From Acinetobacter phage Ab15, in sequence record PP763259.1: a stretch of 64,000 bases of DNA. The stretch is one strand, 5' to 3'. The notes below the pieces were generated by a model. The model did not search any database. It was not told the DNA's origin and was given only the letters and a program-made list of their open reading frames with translations. The translations under genes and the position numbers were made by a program. This document shows positions 45,364-54,723 of this stretch, piece by piece. Numbering within the stretch: the first letter of the stretch is position 1; each line of letters opens with the position of its first letter.

Positions 45364-45795
45364 ATGGATCATCAAGAAAAATTTGATCAAAATCAACCAG
45401 AAACTTCAAAACACAAGGGAACACCTTGGTTAGATTGGCTTCGTGGTACTATTGGCACCCTGTTAATTGTTATTGCAGTTGGTGCTTTTGTTGCGAATAA
45501 TCAACAACAACAATCCAACTCTATTGTAACTGCTATTCAAGCTTTGAACAAGGATAAAATTCGAGAAACATACTCTTCAAGTAACTATAATATTGCCATG
45601 ACATGTGGCATGGATGGTAACTACCAAACTGCCTCTAATGTTTTAGAGCTAAGTGATGTCAAAGTTAAAACCCTTAATAGTATTGTGCTGTACGATACTG
45701 GTATTGTAATGGCAAACTTTAGTGACAACACAAAGTTTATCACAGATATTAAAAACTGCACAATAAATGTTCAGAAACTAACTAAGGAGTCGTAA
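45364..45795 (+). CDS. hypothetical membrane-anchored protein
   Basis: N-terminal TM segment GTIGTLLIVIAVGAFVA. Confidence 0.45.
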   Translation: MDHQEKFDQNQPETSKHKGTPWLDWLRGTIGTLLIVIAVGAFVANNQQQQSNSIVTAIQALNKDKIRETYSSSNYNIAMTCGMDGNYQTASNVLELSDVKVKTLNSIVLYDTGIVMANFSDNTKFITDIKNCTINVQKLTKES

Positions 45796-45945
45796 TATGA
45801 GGGAAATTTCTAAAGAGGGTATCAAAAGAAAAGTTAAAGATTGGTATAACCTAGCAGCAACACATCCAAGGATTACCTATGCGATATTCTTGGTGGTTGT
45901 TTTTTCTTTAATACTTTTAAATGCTGAATAATAACAGGAGGTTAT

Positions 45946-46512
45946 ATGGGGATCAGGGGGACTGGTGACTATATTCGTGTGGCTGTTTCTCAAGAGGCAA
46001 AAGCTGCACTTGCTCGGAAGTTATTGCCTTTAGAGAATGTCAAAGATAAATATAGTGCATCAGCACAAACACAACTAGGTTTTCCTTTTGGGGGTAACCT
46101 AGGGATTCCCTACACCTTAGAAACTATGAAGAGGCGCTATGTAGATTTCCTTGGTGAGAATGAGATTAAGATTCTTAGGTATATGATGCGGATATCTTTA
46201 TCCTCAATTAAGTATGGAATGTATACCAAGCAAGATTACGCTATGGTGAACTTCACAAGCTCTATTGTATCACCTTATCTCTGGGATGTGTTTAAAGAGT
46301 GGCTAATCTCATGTGGATTTACTGTACGAGAGGATATTCGAGAGACAGTACTAATTCAAGATTCTTACAATCAAGGGTCTGGAAGGTTTAAACTAATGTA
46401 CGGTGCAAAAATCTTTTGGTCAAAAAAATCTGAAGAAAATGTTGACTTGTTAGCTAAGATTGGTGTAGGATTAGGTATCAAAAATGGTTATGACCTAGAG
46501 GAAATCTTATGA
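45946..46512 (+). CDS. hypothetical protein
   Basis: 188 aa with RBS AGGAGG. Confidence 0.45.
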   Translation: MGIRGTGDYIRVAVSQEAKAALARKLLPLENVKDKYSASAQTQLGFPFGGNLGIPYTLETMKRRYVDFLGENEIKILRYMMRISLSSIKYGMYTKQDYAMVNFTSSIVSPYLWDVFKEWLISCGFTVREDIRETVLIQDSYNQGSGRFKLMYGAKIFWSKKSEENVDLLAKIGVGLGIKNGYDLEEIL

Positions 46513-46895
46513 CCGAATTAGTTAAACAAGAAGAGAAAACTTCTGAAGATGAAATCATAAAAGTTAAAAAGAGTGTTGTTGTAGAGTATATCCTGAAGGA
46601 TAGAAAGCGACATATGAAAATGCAACAAGAACGTTACCGACATATGCGTGAAGTTGATAAAATTAACATGCGTATCTTATTAGGTCATGGTGCAATGTGT
46701 TTCCTTTTAGTTTTAATTTTTCTTTGGAATGTCATCGACATTATTGCAACACGAGACTTTTCAGCAGTCCTTTTGGGTGCATTTAATGTAATAACCTTGT
46801 TTATGTTTGCTACTCAAATCGATAGTGCATTACACTGGTGGGATGAAGAAGAGGAAAGAACAGGAGGGTATCTTGCCGACACAGAAACAGACTGA
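46509..46895 (+). CDS. hypothetical membrane protein
   Basis: Two hydrophobic helices (GAMCFLLVLIFLWNVIDII and AVLLGAFNVITLFMF). Confidence 0.4.
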   Translation: MTELVKQEEKTSEDEIIKVKKSVVVEYILKDRKRHMKMQQERYRHMREVDKINMRILLGHGAMCFLLVLIFLWNVIDIIATRDFSAVLLGAFNVITLFMFATQIDSALHWWDEEEERTGGYLADTETD

Positions 46896-46911
46896 TTCAC
46901 TATACGTTGAA

Positions 46912-47358
46912 ATGCTAGAACCCCTGAAGAAACGCTCTCATGGGGTTAGAGCTAAAGTTGGAGCAATCTTGGTGACCCAACAAGGTAACCTTCTGGTTGG
47001 AATTAATGGGCTACCTAAACAGCTTGGAAACAAGTTGGAAATTGAAGAGGTGGTTCTAGAAAGTCTGTTCGGACAGTCACCTAGATGGGTTCTCACAGGT
47101 GAGTTAATAACTAAACCTACAGTTATCCATGCAGAGATGAACTGCATTTTAAAGGCTGCTAGAGAAGGAGTTAGCACAGTTAATTCTACTGTCTATGTAA
47201 CGCTATCACCATGTGCTCATTGTGCCTCTATGCTTGTTTCTGCTGGTGTAAAGCGGTTGGTTTATGTTGAGGATTATCGTGATCCTTCTGGGTTGGATGT
47301 TTTAAGACGATGCGATGTGGAGGTGGTTAAGTATGAGCCTGAAAAGAAAAATGGCTAG
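46912..47358 (+). CDS. dCMP deaminase
   Basis: HAEMNCILKAA and SPCAHCASML form the zinc-binding CDA motifs. The ATG at 46912 just after the upstream stop is preferred over the overlapping start at 46807. Confidence 0.65.
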   Translation: MLEPLKKRSHGVRAKVGAILVTQQGNLLVGINGLPKQLGNKLEIEEVVLESLFGQSPRWVLTGELITKPTVIHAEMNCILKAAREGVSTVNSTVYVTLSPCAHCASMLVSAGVKRLVYVEDYRDPSGLDVLRRCDVEVVKYEPEKKNG

Positions 47359-47626
47359 AAAGGCCCTAGAGGATTGGTCAGAGAAGACAACTCCAGAGCA
47401 ATTTGTTAAAGAACATGAAGGTATTATTTTTGTGGAGAAAGAACCTACAAGATGCTTGAGGTGTCAAATTGGATGCTATGTTCACGATGAATGGCAAGAG
47501 GAAATAGGTAGAGGTAGAACAGTAACAATAGTTAGTGAAATTTGTGAAAGTTGTGGACATAATTACTATAGTGAAATGGCTAGGTTAGCTGAAGAATGTT
47601 ACCAAGCAAGTGAGAAAGAGGTGTGA
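47315..47626 (+). CDS. Cys-rich small protein (zinc-ribbon-like)
   Basis: Cys pairs CLRCQIGC and CESCGHNYY. Confidence 0.4.
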   Translation: MWRWLSMSLKRKMARKALEDWSEKTTPEQFVKEHEGIIFVEKEPTRCLRCQIGCYVHDEWQEEIGRGRTVTIVSEICESCGHNYYSEMARLAEECYQASEKEV

Positions 47627-47629
47627 TGT

Positions 47630-47959
47630 ATGAATATGTTGGAAGGGTATCTGAAAAAGAGAATGTTGGGTTGTGCTTTTAAAGGTATTATCCACCAAGG
47701 TCCTAGCAAAGAAAAATTTCAGGATGCTGAATTTCTACTTACAAGAATTTCAAATCGCTATGTTTGGGGACATCCTGTAGGGCATCCAAAGAAGAAATTC
47801 TGCTTTAAATTGTCCGAAGTTAGATTTTACTTTGATGATCAACAATTGGAACCACATCAATCATTTATGTGTAAGTTGATGGAATCTCTATCTGATGTTG
47901 AAGATGATCTTGAAAGTGGCTTTCTAGGTTCCCTTATGGGCAAAACAAACCAAACTTAA
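47630..47959 (+). CDS. hypothetical protein
   Basis: 109 aa ORF. Confidence 0.4.
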   Translation: MNMLEGYLKKRMLGCAFKGIIHQGPSKEKFQDAEFLLTRISNRYVWGHPVGHPKKKFCFKLSEVRFYFDDQQLEPHQSFMCKLMESLSDVEDDLESGFLGSLMGKTNQT

Positions 47960-47982
47960 AATTTAAATTAGAAATTTACCAA

Positions 47983-48016
47983 CCCCTAGTGCTTGACATT
48001 AGGGGTATTTTTTTTG
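47983..48016 (+). terminator. rho-independent terminator overlapping a TTGACA hexamer
   Basis: CCCCTA-GTGCTTGACAT-TAGGGG followed by TATTTTTTTT. Confidence 0.5.
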
Positions 48017-48056
48017 CTTAAATTAAACTTAGTAGATAACCTAAAGGTTAATTTTT

Positions 48057-48497
48057 ATGACAACTTATGTATATGTTGAAATGTCTGAGGGATTGAAATC
48101 CCCAGTGGGTAAACTCCACGAGGTTGATACCTCAATGATTTGTATCCATAAAGATACACTATTTGAGGGATTTCCAGAAGTAAACTTCGACATGTTGATG
48201 GAAACCTTGAAAGAACACCTCAATGAATTTGAAGAGTCAACCTTCTTGAAAAACTGGCAGGGTGTGGGTTATATGAAAAATATACCACAACATCAATTTG
48301 CACTCAGAATGGTTGAGAAGTATAAATTATTTCAAGCTCTTGATGAAATGGAACTTGATGGTTTTGAATATGATGAATACGCTAATGGTGTTGTTCAAAG
48401 TATGCTGGCACTGTTAGATGATTTATTCAATTATGGGGATACCATTGAAGTGGTCAAGATTATTTACGCTGGTGAAGTTAATAACCTGTTTGGGTGA
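48057..48497 (+). CDS. acidic hypothetical protein
   Basis: 146 aa. Confidence 0.45.
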   Translation: MTTYVYVEMSEGLKSPVGKLHEVDTSMICIHKDTLFEGFPEVNFDMLMETLKEHLNEFEESTFLKNWQGVGYMKNIPQHQFALRMVEKYKLFQALDEMELDGFEYDEYANGVVQSMLALLDDLFNYGDTIEVVKIIYAGEVNNLFG

Positions 48498-48507
48498 GGG
48501 TTTTTAA

Positions 48508-48717
48508 ATGAAAGAGAAATGGACTATTGCTGCTGCTGTGGCTTGTAGCATCTTAATCCTGTACTTCTGTGCACTATCACAAAATAAAGCTAAAGAGGCT
48601 CAGTGTGATGGAGAAACGCGATTTTATGCAAGTGGTGGGAGAATTTATGCTTGTGACAACTACAAGAAAACACCTCAAGGTCAGCAACAGGAATCCAGTA
48701 AATGGACAAACAATTAG
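48508..48717 (+). CDS. small secreted or membrane protein
   Basis: N-terminal hydrophobic segment WTIAAAVACSILILYFCAL. Confidence 0.35.
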   Translation: MKEKWTIAAAVACSILILYFCALSQNKAKEAQCDGETRFYASGGRIYACDNYKKTPQGQQQESSKWTNN

Positions 48718-48905
48718 TTTTGAACTATTTAAGGACCTGTAGTTTTTCTTACATAAGACCTATGTATCGATCCCTACAGGTCAGATCTAAAGAAATGTCT
48801 TTGAATAAATTTAGAAAGTTTTTAAAAGATATGGAAAAAGAAGGGTTAATTGAAGAGGTTGAGATACTTCCTCACCATGACTTTCCTTGCTGGAGATTAA
48901 AATGA
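48702..48905 (+). CDS. small hypothetical protein
   Basis: 67 aa. Confidence 0.3.
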   Translation: MDKQLVLNYLRTCSFSYIRPMYRSLQVRSKEMSLNKFRKFLKDMEKEGLIEEVEILPHHDFPCWRLK

Positions 48906-49120
48906 CATTCTTTAATGAAGGGCGTATTGGTGGAAAAGATGAGGTAGAGTTGGGAACTAGGGTAATATCAAGTCTCAATGTGCACAGTTTCAATAAAGTC
49001 ACCTACGAGTTTTCCTTCTTGATTTTTGGTGATGAGTTTGATAAAACTATCTACACACGCTTTGATATAGATTTTAATATCGAAGACCATGAAGAATTTA
49101 TCTGGAGAGATGATGGGTAG
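48887..49120 (+). CDS. small hypothetical protein
   Basis: 77 aa. Confidence 0.3.
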   Translation: MLEIKMTFFNEGRIGGKDEVELGTRVISSLNVHSFNKVTYEFSFLIFGDEFDKTIYTRFDIDFNIEDHEEFIWRDDG

Positions 49121-49394
49121 ATTTCAAATAGGTGAGGTTGCTATACTGGAAACCATCCCTGAAATTTTAAAAAGGGATTTAGCCATTTGTAAAATTCATG
49201 AAGGTGCAGTATGCAAAATTCTTGATATTATTGGTGATGGTAAAACACTGGTTATTGGAAATGAGAAATGGGACTGTTCTCAAGAGGTTGATGTTATGAG
49301 ACGTGCCAAAATTAAACCGCCAGAGAAATATTCTACATATAATGGTAAAGCTATACGTATTAACACTTTATTTTTAGGAAAAATTTATGGATAA
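49089..49394 (+). CDS. small hypothetical protein (SH3/KOW-like motif QIGEVAIL)
   Basis: 101 aa. Confidence 0.35.
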   Translation: MKNLSGEMMGRFQIGEVAILETIPEILKRDLAICKIHEGAVCKILDIIGDGKTLVIGNEKWDCSQEVDVMRRAKIKPPEKYSTYNGKAIRINTLFLGKIYG

Positions 49395-49453
49395 TATGAG
49401 CAGTAGAGATGTCATTTTTACAGTGGCAGCTATAGGAATATTTTTCTATATGT

Positions 49454-49870
49454 TTGGATTTTGGTCAGCTTACTTTATTTTTACCTAATAGGATTCCTAT
49501 GAAACAAATTATTTTTCTAGATGATGAAAGAGTTATCCAAGACGTAACTTGGATAGACTACTCTCAATGGTCAGGTGCTTATGTTATTTCTCAAAGTTCA
49601 GCTTCTCGTTTAATTTCGTACATTAAACATTATGGGAAATACTTTGACTGGGAAAATACTTTGTTTTCCTTAGACCATGACCTTCAGGATTTTGATGGGG
49701 AGGAAGAGTCTACAGGTTATACTTTCATTAAATGGTTGGTTGACTTTATGGTTGAGAACGAAATTTCTTTAAAGTACCTCCATGTAGTTGTGCACTCACA
49801 AAACCCTATTGGCAAAGAAAACATTGAAAAATATATCAGTAATGCTAAACTACACTATTTAGAATTCTAG
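49454..49870 (+). CDS. hypothetical protein
   Basis: 138 aa. Confidence 0.45.
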   Translation: MDFGQLTLFLPNRIPMKQIIFLDDERVIQDVTWIDYSQWSGAYVISQSSASRLISYIKHYGKYFDWENTLFSLDHDLQDFDGEEESTGYTFIKWLVDFMVENEISLKYLHVVVHSQNPIGKENIEKYISNAKLHYLEF

Positions 49871-49876
49871 GAGATT

Positions 49877-50095
49877 TTGATGGGATATTACAAAGTAGGT
49901 GATGTAGTTGAAATTACCAAACTAATAGCTTTAGATGAAGAACTTGGTATAAAAGTTGGGGATATTGCGAAGGTCCAACGAGTAAAAGATTACGATGATG
50001 GTGATCATCATATCATCTGTTATAATCCAAAATGGGATAGATTAACTGATAGATTAAGACGAATGGTCCCCCGACAGTTAAAAAAGGTGAAGTGA
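49877..50095 (+). CDS. family A small paralog (KVGDVVEI...VGDIAKV...YNPKW)
   Basis: Member of the tandem array; the motif skeleton is shared. Confidence 0.5.
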   Translation: MMGYYKVGDVVEITKLIALDEELGIKVGDIAKVQRVKDYDDGDHHIICYNPKWDRLTDRLRRMVPRQLKKVK

Positions 50096-50325
50096 TGAGG
50101 GATCGTCTACATGTTGATATAAAACTTGGTGACAAAGTAGTCGTATACTTTGCTATGGGTATTGACAAAAGGTACAACATAAAAGATGGAGATGTTGCCA
50201 AGGTGATACTAACTGATCAAGATGGTGCTTGGTGTTATAACCCTAATTGGAAAGTTGTAGAAGGTCAAGACCTTAAGATTAAAGCTAACTATATGTCATC
50301 TACACAAATAGAAAAGGTAAAGTAA
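50092..50325 (+). CDS. family A small paralog (LGDKVVV...DGDVAKV...YNPNW)
   Basis: Tandem array member. Confidence 0.5.
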   Translation: MMRDRLHVDIKLGDKVVVYFAMGIDKRYNIKDGDVAKVILTDQDGAWCYNPNWKVVEGQDLKIKANYMSSTQIEKVK

Positions 50326-50327
50326 AT

Positions 50328-50558
50328 ATGAGTTACGATGCTGATAAATTCGAATATGGCGATAAGGTTGAAGTTATGCAGCTTTGCACATTTGATGCAA
50401 CGTACAACATTAAAGTTGGTGATGTAGCCAAAGTAAGATTTGTTCAAACTACATTTAGTGGTGAACAATATATTGAGTGCTACAACCCTGAGTGGGACCA
50501 TGAGGGTATTGGTGGTGATCGGAACATGCTGGCTTGGCAAATTAAGAAGGTAGGCTAA
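50328..50558 (+). CDS. family A small paralog (YGDKVEV...VGDVAKV...YNPEW)
   Basis: Tandem array member. Confidence 0.5.
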   Translation: MSYDADKFEYGDKVEVMQLCTFDATYNIKVGDVAKVRFVQTTFSGEQYIECYNPEWDHEGIGGDRNMLAWQIKKVG

Positions 50559-50569
50559 GGAGGTGATTA

Positions 50570-50791
50570 GTGGGAAAATATAAAGTTGGGACTAAGGTTA
50601 AAGTTGTGAAACTAACTCAGGGCGACTTTGATAGGGGTGTTCGAGTAGGACATATTGCTAAAGTTCTTGAAGTAAGGGGTTTAGATGGGGCTGCCTATTG
50701 TCACAACCCCGAATGGGATTATAGAGGGTTACAACGTCAAAGTAGGACAATGTTACCCCACCAAATTGAAAAATGTGAGGTGCACAAGTGA
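50570..50791 (+). CDS. family A small paralog (KVGTKVKV...VGHIAKV...HNPEW)
   Basis: Tandem array member. Confidence 0.5.
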   Translation: MGKYKVGTKVKVVKLTQGDFDRGVRVGHIAKVLEVRGLDGAAYCHNPEWDYRGLQRQSRTMLPHQIEKCEVHK

Positions 50792-51021
50792 GTGTAGATT
50801 TTAGTCAAGATAAAAGTAAAGGCAAAGGTTTACCAATTGAGGAAATTCGTTATCGTGCACCAAAATATGCTACACATTATGAAATTCAAGGAAATGAGGT
50901 GGTATACTACGCTAAGGACCAAATAGGTCGTTGGTGCTATGTCGATGATGAAAGTGGTGGAGGTTGGCCTACACATTCTTGTGAATGGGATCGTCTGGAT
51001 AATGAACTGAAGCCACTTTAA
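50788..51021 (+). CDS. small hypothetical protein embedded in the array (no family motif)
   Basis: 77 aa; lacks the VGD/NPxW skeleton. Confidence 0.4.
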   Translation: MSVDFSQDKSKGKGLPIEEIRYRAPKYATHYEIQGNEVVYYAKDQIGRWCYVDDESGGGWPTHSCEWDRLDNELKPL

Positions 51022-51022
51022 T

Positions 51023-51244
51023 GTGGTTTTACTTTTTGGAGATTATGTGATGTTGAAAGTTGGTGATAAAGTAGAGGTGATAGAGGTTTTAGCTGCCGAT
51101 GAGTGGGCTAATATTAAAGTAGGTGATGTTGCAAAAGTCACTGTGGTGAGAGGTCCTTTTTGGATTCAATGTGAAAATCCTGAATGGGTAGACGGTTTCA
51201 TGCCTATGAGAGAATACCAAATCAAAAAGGTAGGTAATTTATGA
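51023..51244 (+). CDS. family A small paralog (KVGDKVEV...VGDVAKV...ENPEW)
   Basis: Tandem array member. Confidence 0.5.
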   Translation: MVLLFGDYVMLKVGDKVEVIEVLAADEWANIKVGDVAKVTVVRGPFWIQCENPEWVDGFMPMREYQIKKVGNL

Positions 51245-51435
51245 GTTACCATTTAAAGGTTGGAGATAAGGTGGAGATCACGTGGATTCACCAACTTGAT
51301 GACTGCGATGGAATTAAGGTTGGTGATGTTGCAAAGATTGTTTGCGTGATTAATGAAAGGTGGTACATCTGTGCTAATCCTAACTGGTTGGCTGGAAAAA
51401 TGCCAATGAAAGACTACCAAATCAAAAAACTTTAA
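51241..51435 (+). CDS. family A small paralog (KVGDKVEI...VGDVAKI...ANPNW)
   Basis: Tandem array member. Confidence 0.5.
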   Translation: MSYHLKVGDKVEITWIHQLDDCDGIKVGDVAKIVCVINERWYICANPNWLAGKMPMKDYQIKKL

Positions 51436-51454
51436 AAATTATTTTAAAAAGTTG

Positions 51455-51483
51455 TTGACAGGAAAATTAAATACCACTAACAT
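51455..51483 (+). promoter_or_regulatory. early promoter AAAGTTGTTGACA-N17-TAACAT
   Basis: TTGACA at 51455-51460 and TAACAT at 51478-51483, upstream of the AAA+ gene. Confidence 0.5.
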
Positions 51484-51571
51484 AAGCATCATAGAGAACA
51501 AGCAAACAAAGTTCTTAGTGAAATACTTGAATAAACAGCACATTGGTGCACAAACTATCTAGGAGATATTA

Positions 51572-52765
51572 ATGGATTTACTTATTGGTCATTCTTACCA
51601 GTTAATCAACACTAAAGATCCAGCTTTCATGTTCACAACTGGTTTTAGTGACCCTAAGACAAATAAAGTCATTAAAGATGCTGTTATTAAACCATACAGC
51701 AAAGATGATGATGGTGATGTTTTTGCTTATGCATACTTCCCAGATCGTCAAGACACTATTATCAATCCAGATCACAATGTGTTGATCATTCGAAGTGAAT
51801 TTGATTTGTTTAAAGAAGTTGGTGCTGGTGATCAATCTCAACCAGAAGTGGATGGAATTGAAGAAAGTGAAGTATTCTCTCACAATCTTAAGAAGATGTT
51901 CCAAGAGATGGTTGATAAAAACCTAGGCTCTGAAGAGATGCAAGCGAAGATCACTGAAACTATCCGTGAAACTGTGCTAGAGCAAGCTCCACGACCACTT
52001 GAGGTTAAATTTGGTGAGAAGACAACTGTAATTGGTACTGCTCACGTAATGCTTGAAGAAGCTTTAAAACGCTTGAATGCAACAAAGAACATTATGTTGG
52101 TTGGTCCTGCTGGTTCTGGTAAGACTTACCTTGCAGCACAACTTGCAGAGTCTTTACAGCTTGACTTCTCATCAATTTCTTGTAGCTCTGGTATGTCTGA
52201 ATCAGTAATTACTGGTTGGTTGTTACCTGTTGATGGTGGTGCATTTGAATACCATGAAAGTGACTTTATTCGAATTTACGAAAATGGTGGTGTGTTCTTG
52301 TTTGATGAAATGGATGCTGCTGACCCATCTATCCTATTGATCATCAACCAAGCATTAGCTAATGGTAAAATTACAGTTCCACAGCGTAAAGGTAATACAG
52401 AAGTTAAACGACATAAAGACTTCATTTGTGTGGGTGCATGTAACACATTTGGTCGTGGTTCTAACTTGATGTACTCTGGTCGTGAACGTTTAGATGAATC
52501 AACCCTTGACCGTTTCCGTTTAGGTTTGATGGAAATGGATTACGACAAGCTCCTTGAAGAAAAAGTTGTTGATAAAGCTGTTCGTGAATGGGCTTGGCAA
52601 GTACGTGCTCGAATTCAGGAAAGTGGTTTACGCCGAGTGATGTCAACACGTTTCATGATCGATGCAACTAAGTTGTTACAAAATACTGATGCAACAATGC
52701 AGAAAGTAAAAGATATCTTCTTTGTTGGTTGGTCTGATGACGAGAGACATAAAACTGATTTATAA
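51572..52765 (+). CDS. AAA+ ATPase, MoxR/CobS-like
   Basis: Walker A LVGPAGSGKTYLA, Walker B VFLFDEMDAA and a downstream Arg-rich sensor region. The N-terminal roughly 170 aa domain is of unknown function. Confidence 0.7.
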   Translation: MDLLIGHSYQLINTKDPAFMFTTGFSDPKTNKVIKDAVIKPYSKDDDGDVFAYAYFPDRQDTIINPDHNVLIIRSEFDLFKEVGAGDQSQPEVDGIEESEVFSHNLKKMFQEMVDKNLGSEEMQAKITETIRETVLEQAPRPLEVKFGEKTTVIGTAHVMLEEALKRLNATKNIMLVGPAGSGKTYLAAQLAESLQLDFSSISCSSGMSESVITGWLLPVDGGAFEYHESDFIRIYENGGVFLFDEMDAADPSILLIINQALANGKITVPQRKGNTEVKRHKDFICVGACNTFGRGSNLMYSGRERLDESTLDRFRLGLMEMDYDKLLEEKVVDKAVREWAWQVRARIQESGLRRVMSTRFMIDATKLLQNTDATMQKVKDIFFVGWSDDERHKTDL

Positions 52766-52780
52766 CAAAAACTTCCCAAG

Positions 52781-52817
52781 AAACCCCTAAAGGAATTCCT
52801 TTAGGGGTTTTATTTTG
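52781..52817. terminator. rho-independent terminator, near-twin of the one at 16451
   Basis: Perfect palindrome CCCCTAAAGGAATTCCTTTAGGGG followed by TTTTATTTT. Confidence 0.65.
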
Positions 52818-52894
52818 CATAAATTTTACTTGATTTAAAAATAGAATTTGTTTAGAATCTACTTAGTTATTAAGCTCAATAAGAGGATATCTCA

Positions 52895-53788
52895 ATGTAT
52901 AAATCTGTTGAAAATGTTAAAGGTTTGCACGGTAAAGTGGCGATCGTTAAATATAGAAATGTTTCTGATGCTATGGACCACTATAAAAAATATGATGTGG
53001 ACATCCCTTTCAAGCACAATAAAGGTAAGGTTTCAGAGTATCGTGGTGGTCATCATAGTACTGATTGGACAGGTTTTAGTGATCAACGTCACTTTGAACA
53101 AACTATGCTTCATGGTGATAAAATCAAAGCGATTGAGATTGAAGAAATTCAAGCACCAGAAGTTAAGGTTGAGTCACGTAAACGTAAACGCCATAAAGGG
53201 CCTATCGGTGATACTTTAGATATTCATGCAGTATATCGTGGTGAATTGGATCGTGCATGGACCTATACCAAACGTGATATGCATGATGGTGGTATGAAAA
53301 ACATCACCCTCCTAATTAACATTGGTGATAACTGTGGTATTTCCTCACAGGCATTAGGGTGGCGTGGTGCAGTGGCATTGAAAGTCTGTGATGTGATGAC
53401 TGAAGCTGGCTACAATGTTCGAATCATTGCTAACCAAATGACTGAAGATTTAACCCGTGATGACGATGGTTATGGCTACAATTGCACAACTGTTAAGGAC
53501 TTTGATGAATACTTGGATGTGCCTAAGCTTGCTGCAATCTTCTGCCGTGCAGGTTTCTTCCGTTCAGTAATCTTCACCACAATTGTTTATGAAGCTGAAT
53601 TACTGGGGAAACGTGTAGGTTACGGTTTAGGTCGATCTATCAAGTCACACAGTGAGGAAGGTAAGAAGCTAATCGAACATGTGCACCAAGATGAAGGATA
53701 TATGGTGGTATTCCCTTCGGTGAATGGTAAAGAGGATGCTTTAAATGCCATGAAGGAGATCTTAAAGCCTTATTTAATTGAGGAATAA
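52895..53788 (+). CDS. hypothetical protein, candidate partner of the AAA+ ATPase (possible degenerate VWA fold)
   Basis: 297 aa. The segment ITLLINIGDNCGISS resembles a VWA beta1-MIDAS region (DxSGS), but degenerately. It is adjacent to the MoxR-like gene. Confidence 0.4.
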   Translation: MYKSVENVKGLHGKVAIVKYRNVSDAMDHYKKYDVDIPFKHNKGKVSEYRGGHHSTDWTGFSDQRHFEQTMLHGDKIKAIEIEEIQAPEVKVESRKRKRHKGPIGDTLDIHAVYRGELDRAWTYTKRDMHDGGMKNITLLINIGDNCGISSQALGWRGAVALKVCDVMTEAGYNVRIIANQMTEDLTRDDDGYGYNCTTVKDFDEYLDVPKLAAIFCRAGFFRSVIFTTIVYEAELLGKRVGYGLGRSIKSHSEEGKKLIEHVHQDEGYMVVFPSVNGKEDALNAMKEILKPYLIEE

Positions 53789-53790
53789 TC

Positions 53791-54084
53791 ATGGATCGTC
53801 AAGAGATGATTAAGAAGTACCCTATCGGCTCTAAGCTGGTAGGGAGGTATCTAGGACACAAAAAGTCTTCAAGTGAAATGATTTGTAAGGTTGTTGGTTA
53901 TTCTGCTTTCAGAACTTCGATTTTAGTCTATAATCCAGAAATAATTGGTCATACTGGTACTGGAAGATGTGTAGATCAAACAGGATCTAGAATTTCTGGG
54001 GAAAAGATAAAAGATTTTTATGGTAACCATTGTTGGTATATAGATAGTGAGACCTTATCTGGGTATAGATTATGCAAAAGATAA
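53791..54084 (+). CDS. family B small paralog (YPIGSKL...VGY...YNPEIIGHTG...G.HCWY)
   Basis: One of four tandem paralogs with conserved Cys/His positions. Confidence 0.5.
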   Translation: MDRQEMIKKYPIGSKLVGRYLGHKKSSSEMICKVVGYSAFRTSILVYNPEIIGHTGTGRCVDQTGSRISGEKIKDFYGNHCWYIDSETLSGYRLCKR

Positions 54085-54401
54085 ATCCTAAATTAAAAGA
54101 ATTAGTCAAAAGATTTCCCATAGGTAGTAAGGTGGTAGCAGACAAAAATCATACCTCATCAGAAATATTTGATGAGTGTGGTTATGCCTACGTGGTTGGA
54201 TATGGTTGTGATACCAAGCTAACATATGATGAATTTGGTTGGTTATTGTTGCACCACCCAGACTTTGATGGTCATAGTGGTAATTCTTATGGAATTCTTG
54301 GTGCTAATTTTGAGTTGTACCATGAGGGTGAAATTCAAAAGAAATATGGTTGTACCTGTTGGTGGGATACTGGAGGTCATTGTCAGTTATTGAAGGAGTG
54401 A
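54072..54401 (+). CDS. family B small paralog (FPIGSKV...HHPDFDGHSG...GCTCWW)
   Basis: Tandem paralog. Confidence 0.5.
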   Translation: MQKINPKLKELVKRFPIGSKVVADKNHTSSEIFDECGYAYVVGYGCDTKLTYDEFGWLLLHHPDFDGHSGNSYGILGANFELYHEGEIQKKYGCTCWWDTGGHCQLLKE

Positions 54402-54407
54402 GTTCAC

Positions 54408-54719
54408 GTGTCGGAAGAAAATGAAGTGGAAATTGTGAAAGAATTGGCGAAAAGGTTCCCCATAGGATGTAAAGTTGCCAAAGGTGATGTATACAATTCC
54501 TCTATATTTCACTATGTAGATTTTGCATATGTCATTGGTTATAATATTTATGGTAATGATCACTGGTTACTTCTCTACAATGAAGATTTTGAGGGTCATT
54601 CATCAATTCATGGTGCACTAGTACACAACCATAAAAAATGCTCTATGGCTGAGATTAAAAAGAAGTACGGAAGGCATTGCTGGTGGGCTGATTCAAAATT
54701 AGTAAAAAGGGTGGGATAG
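54408..54719 (+). CDS. family B small paralog (FPIGCKV...YNEDFEGHSS...GRHCWW)
   Basis: Tandem paralog. Confidence 0.5.
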   Translation: MSEENEVEIVKELAKRFPIGCKVAKGDVYNSSIFHYVDFAYVIGYNIYGNDHWLLLYNEDFEGHSSIHGALVHNHKKCSMAEIKKKYGRHCWWADSKLVKRVG

Positions 54720-54723
54720 TAAT

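Noticed and set aside
46807-46911. Long N-terminal extension of the dCMP deaminase ORF
   Set aside because: It overlaps the preceding gene by about 90 nt. An in-frame ATG at 46912 immediately after the upstream stop gives a normal-length deaminase.
52848-53219. 123-aa ORF overlapping the start of the 52895 gene
   Set aside because: It is in a different frame from the longer, RBS-supported 297-aa ORF. It has low-complexity hydrophobic composition typical of an AT-rich frame artefact.
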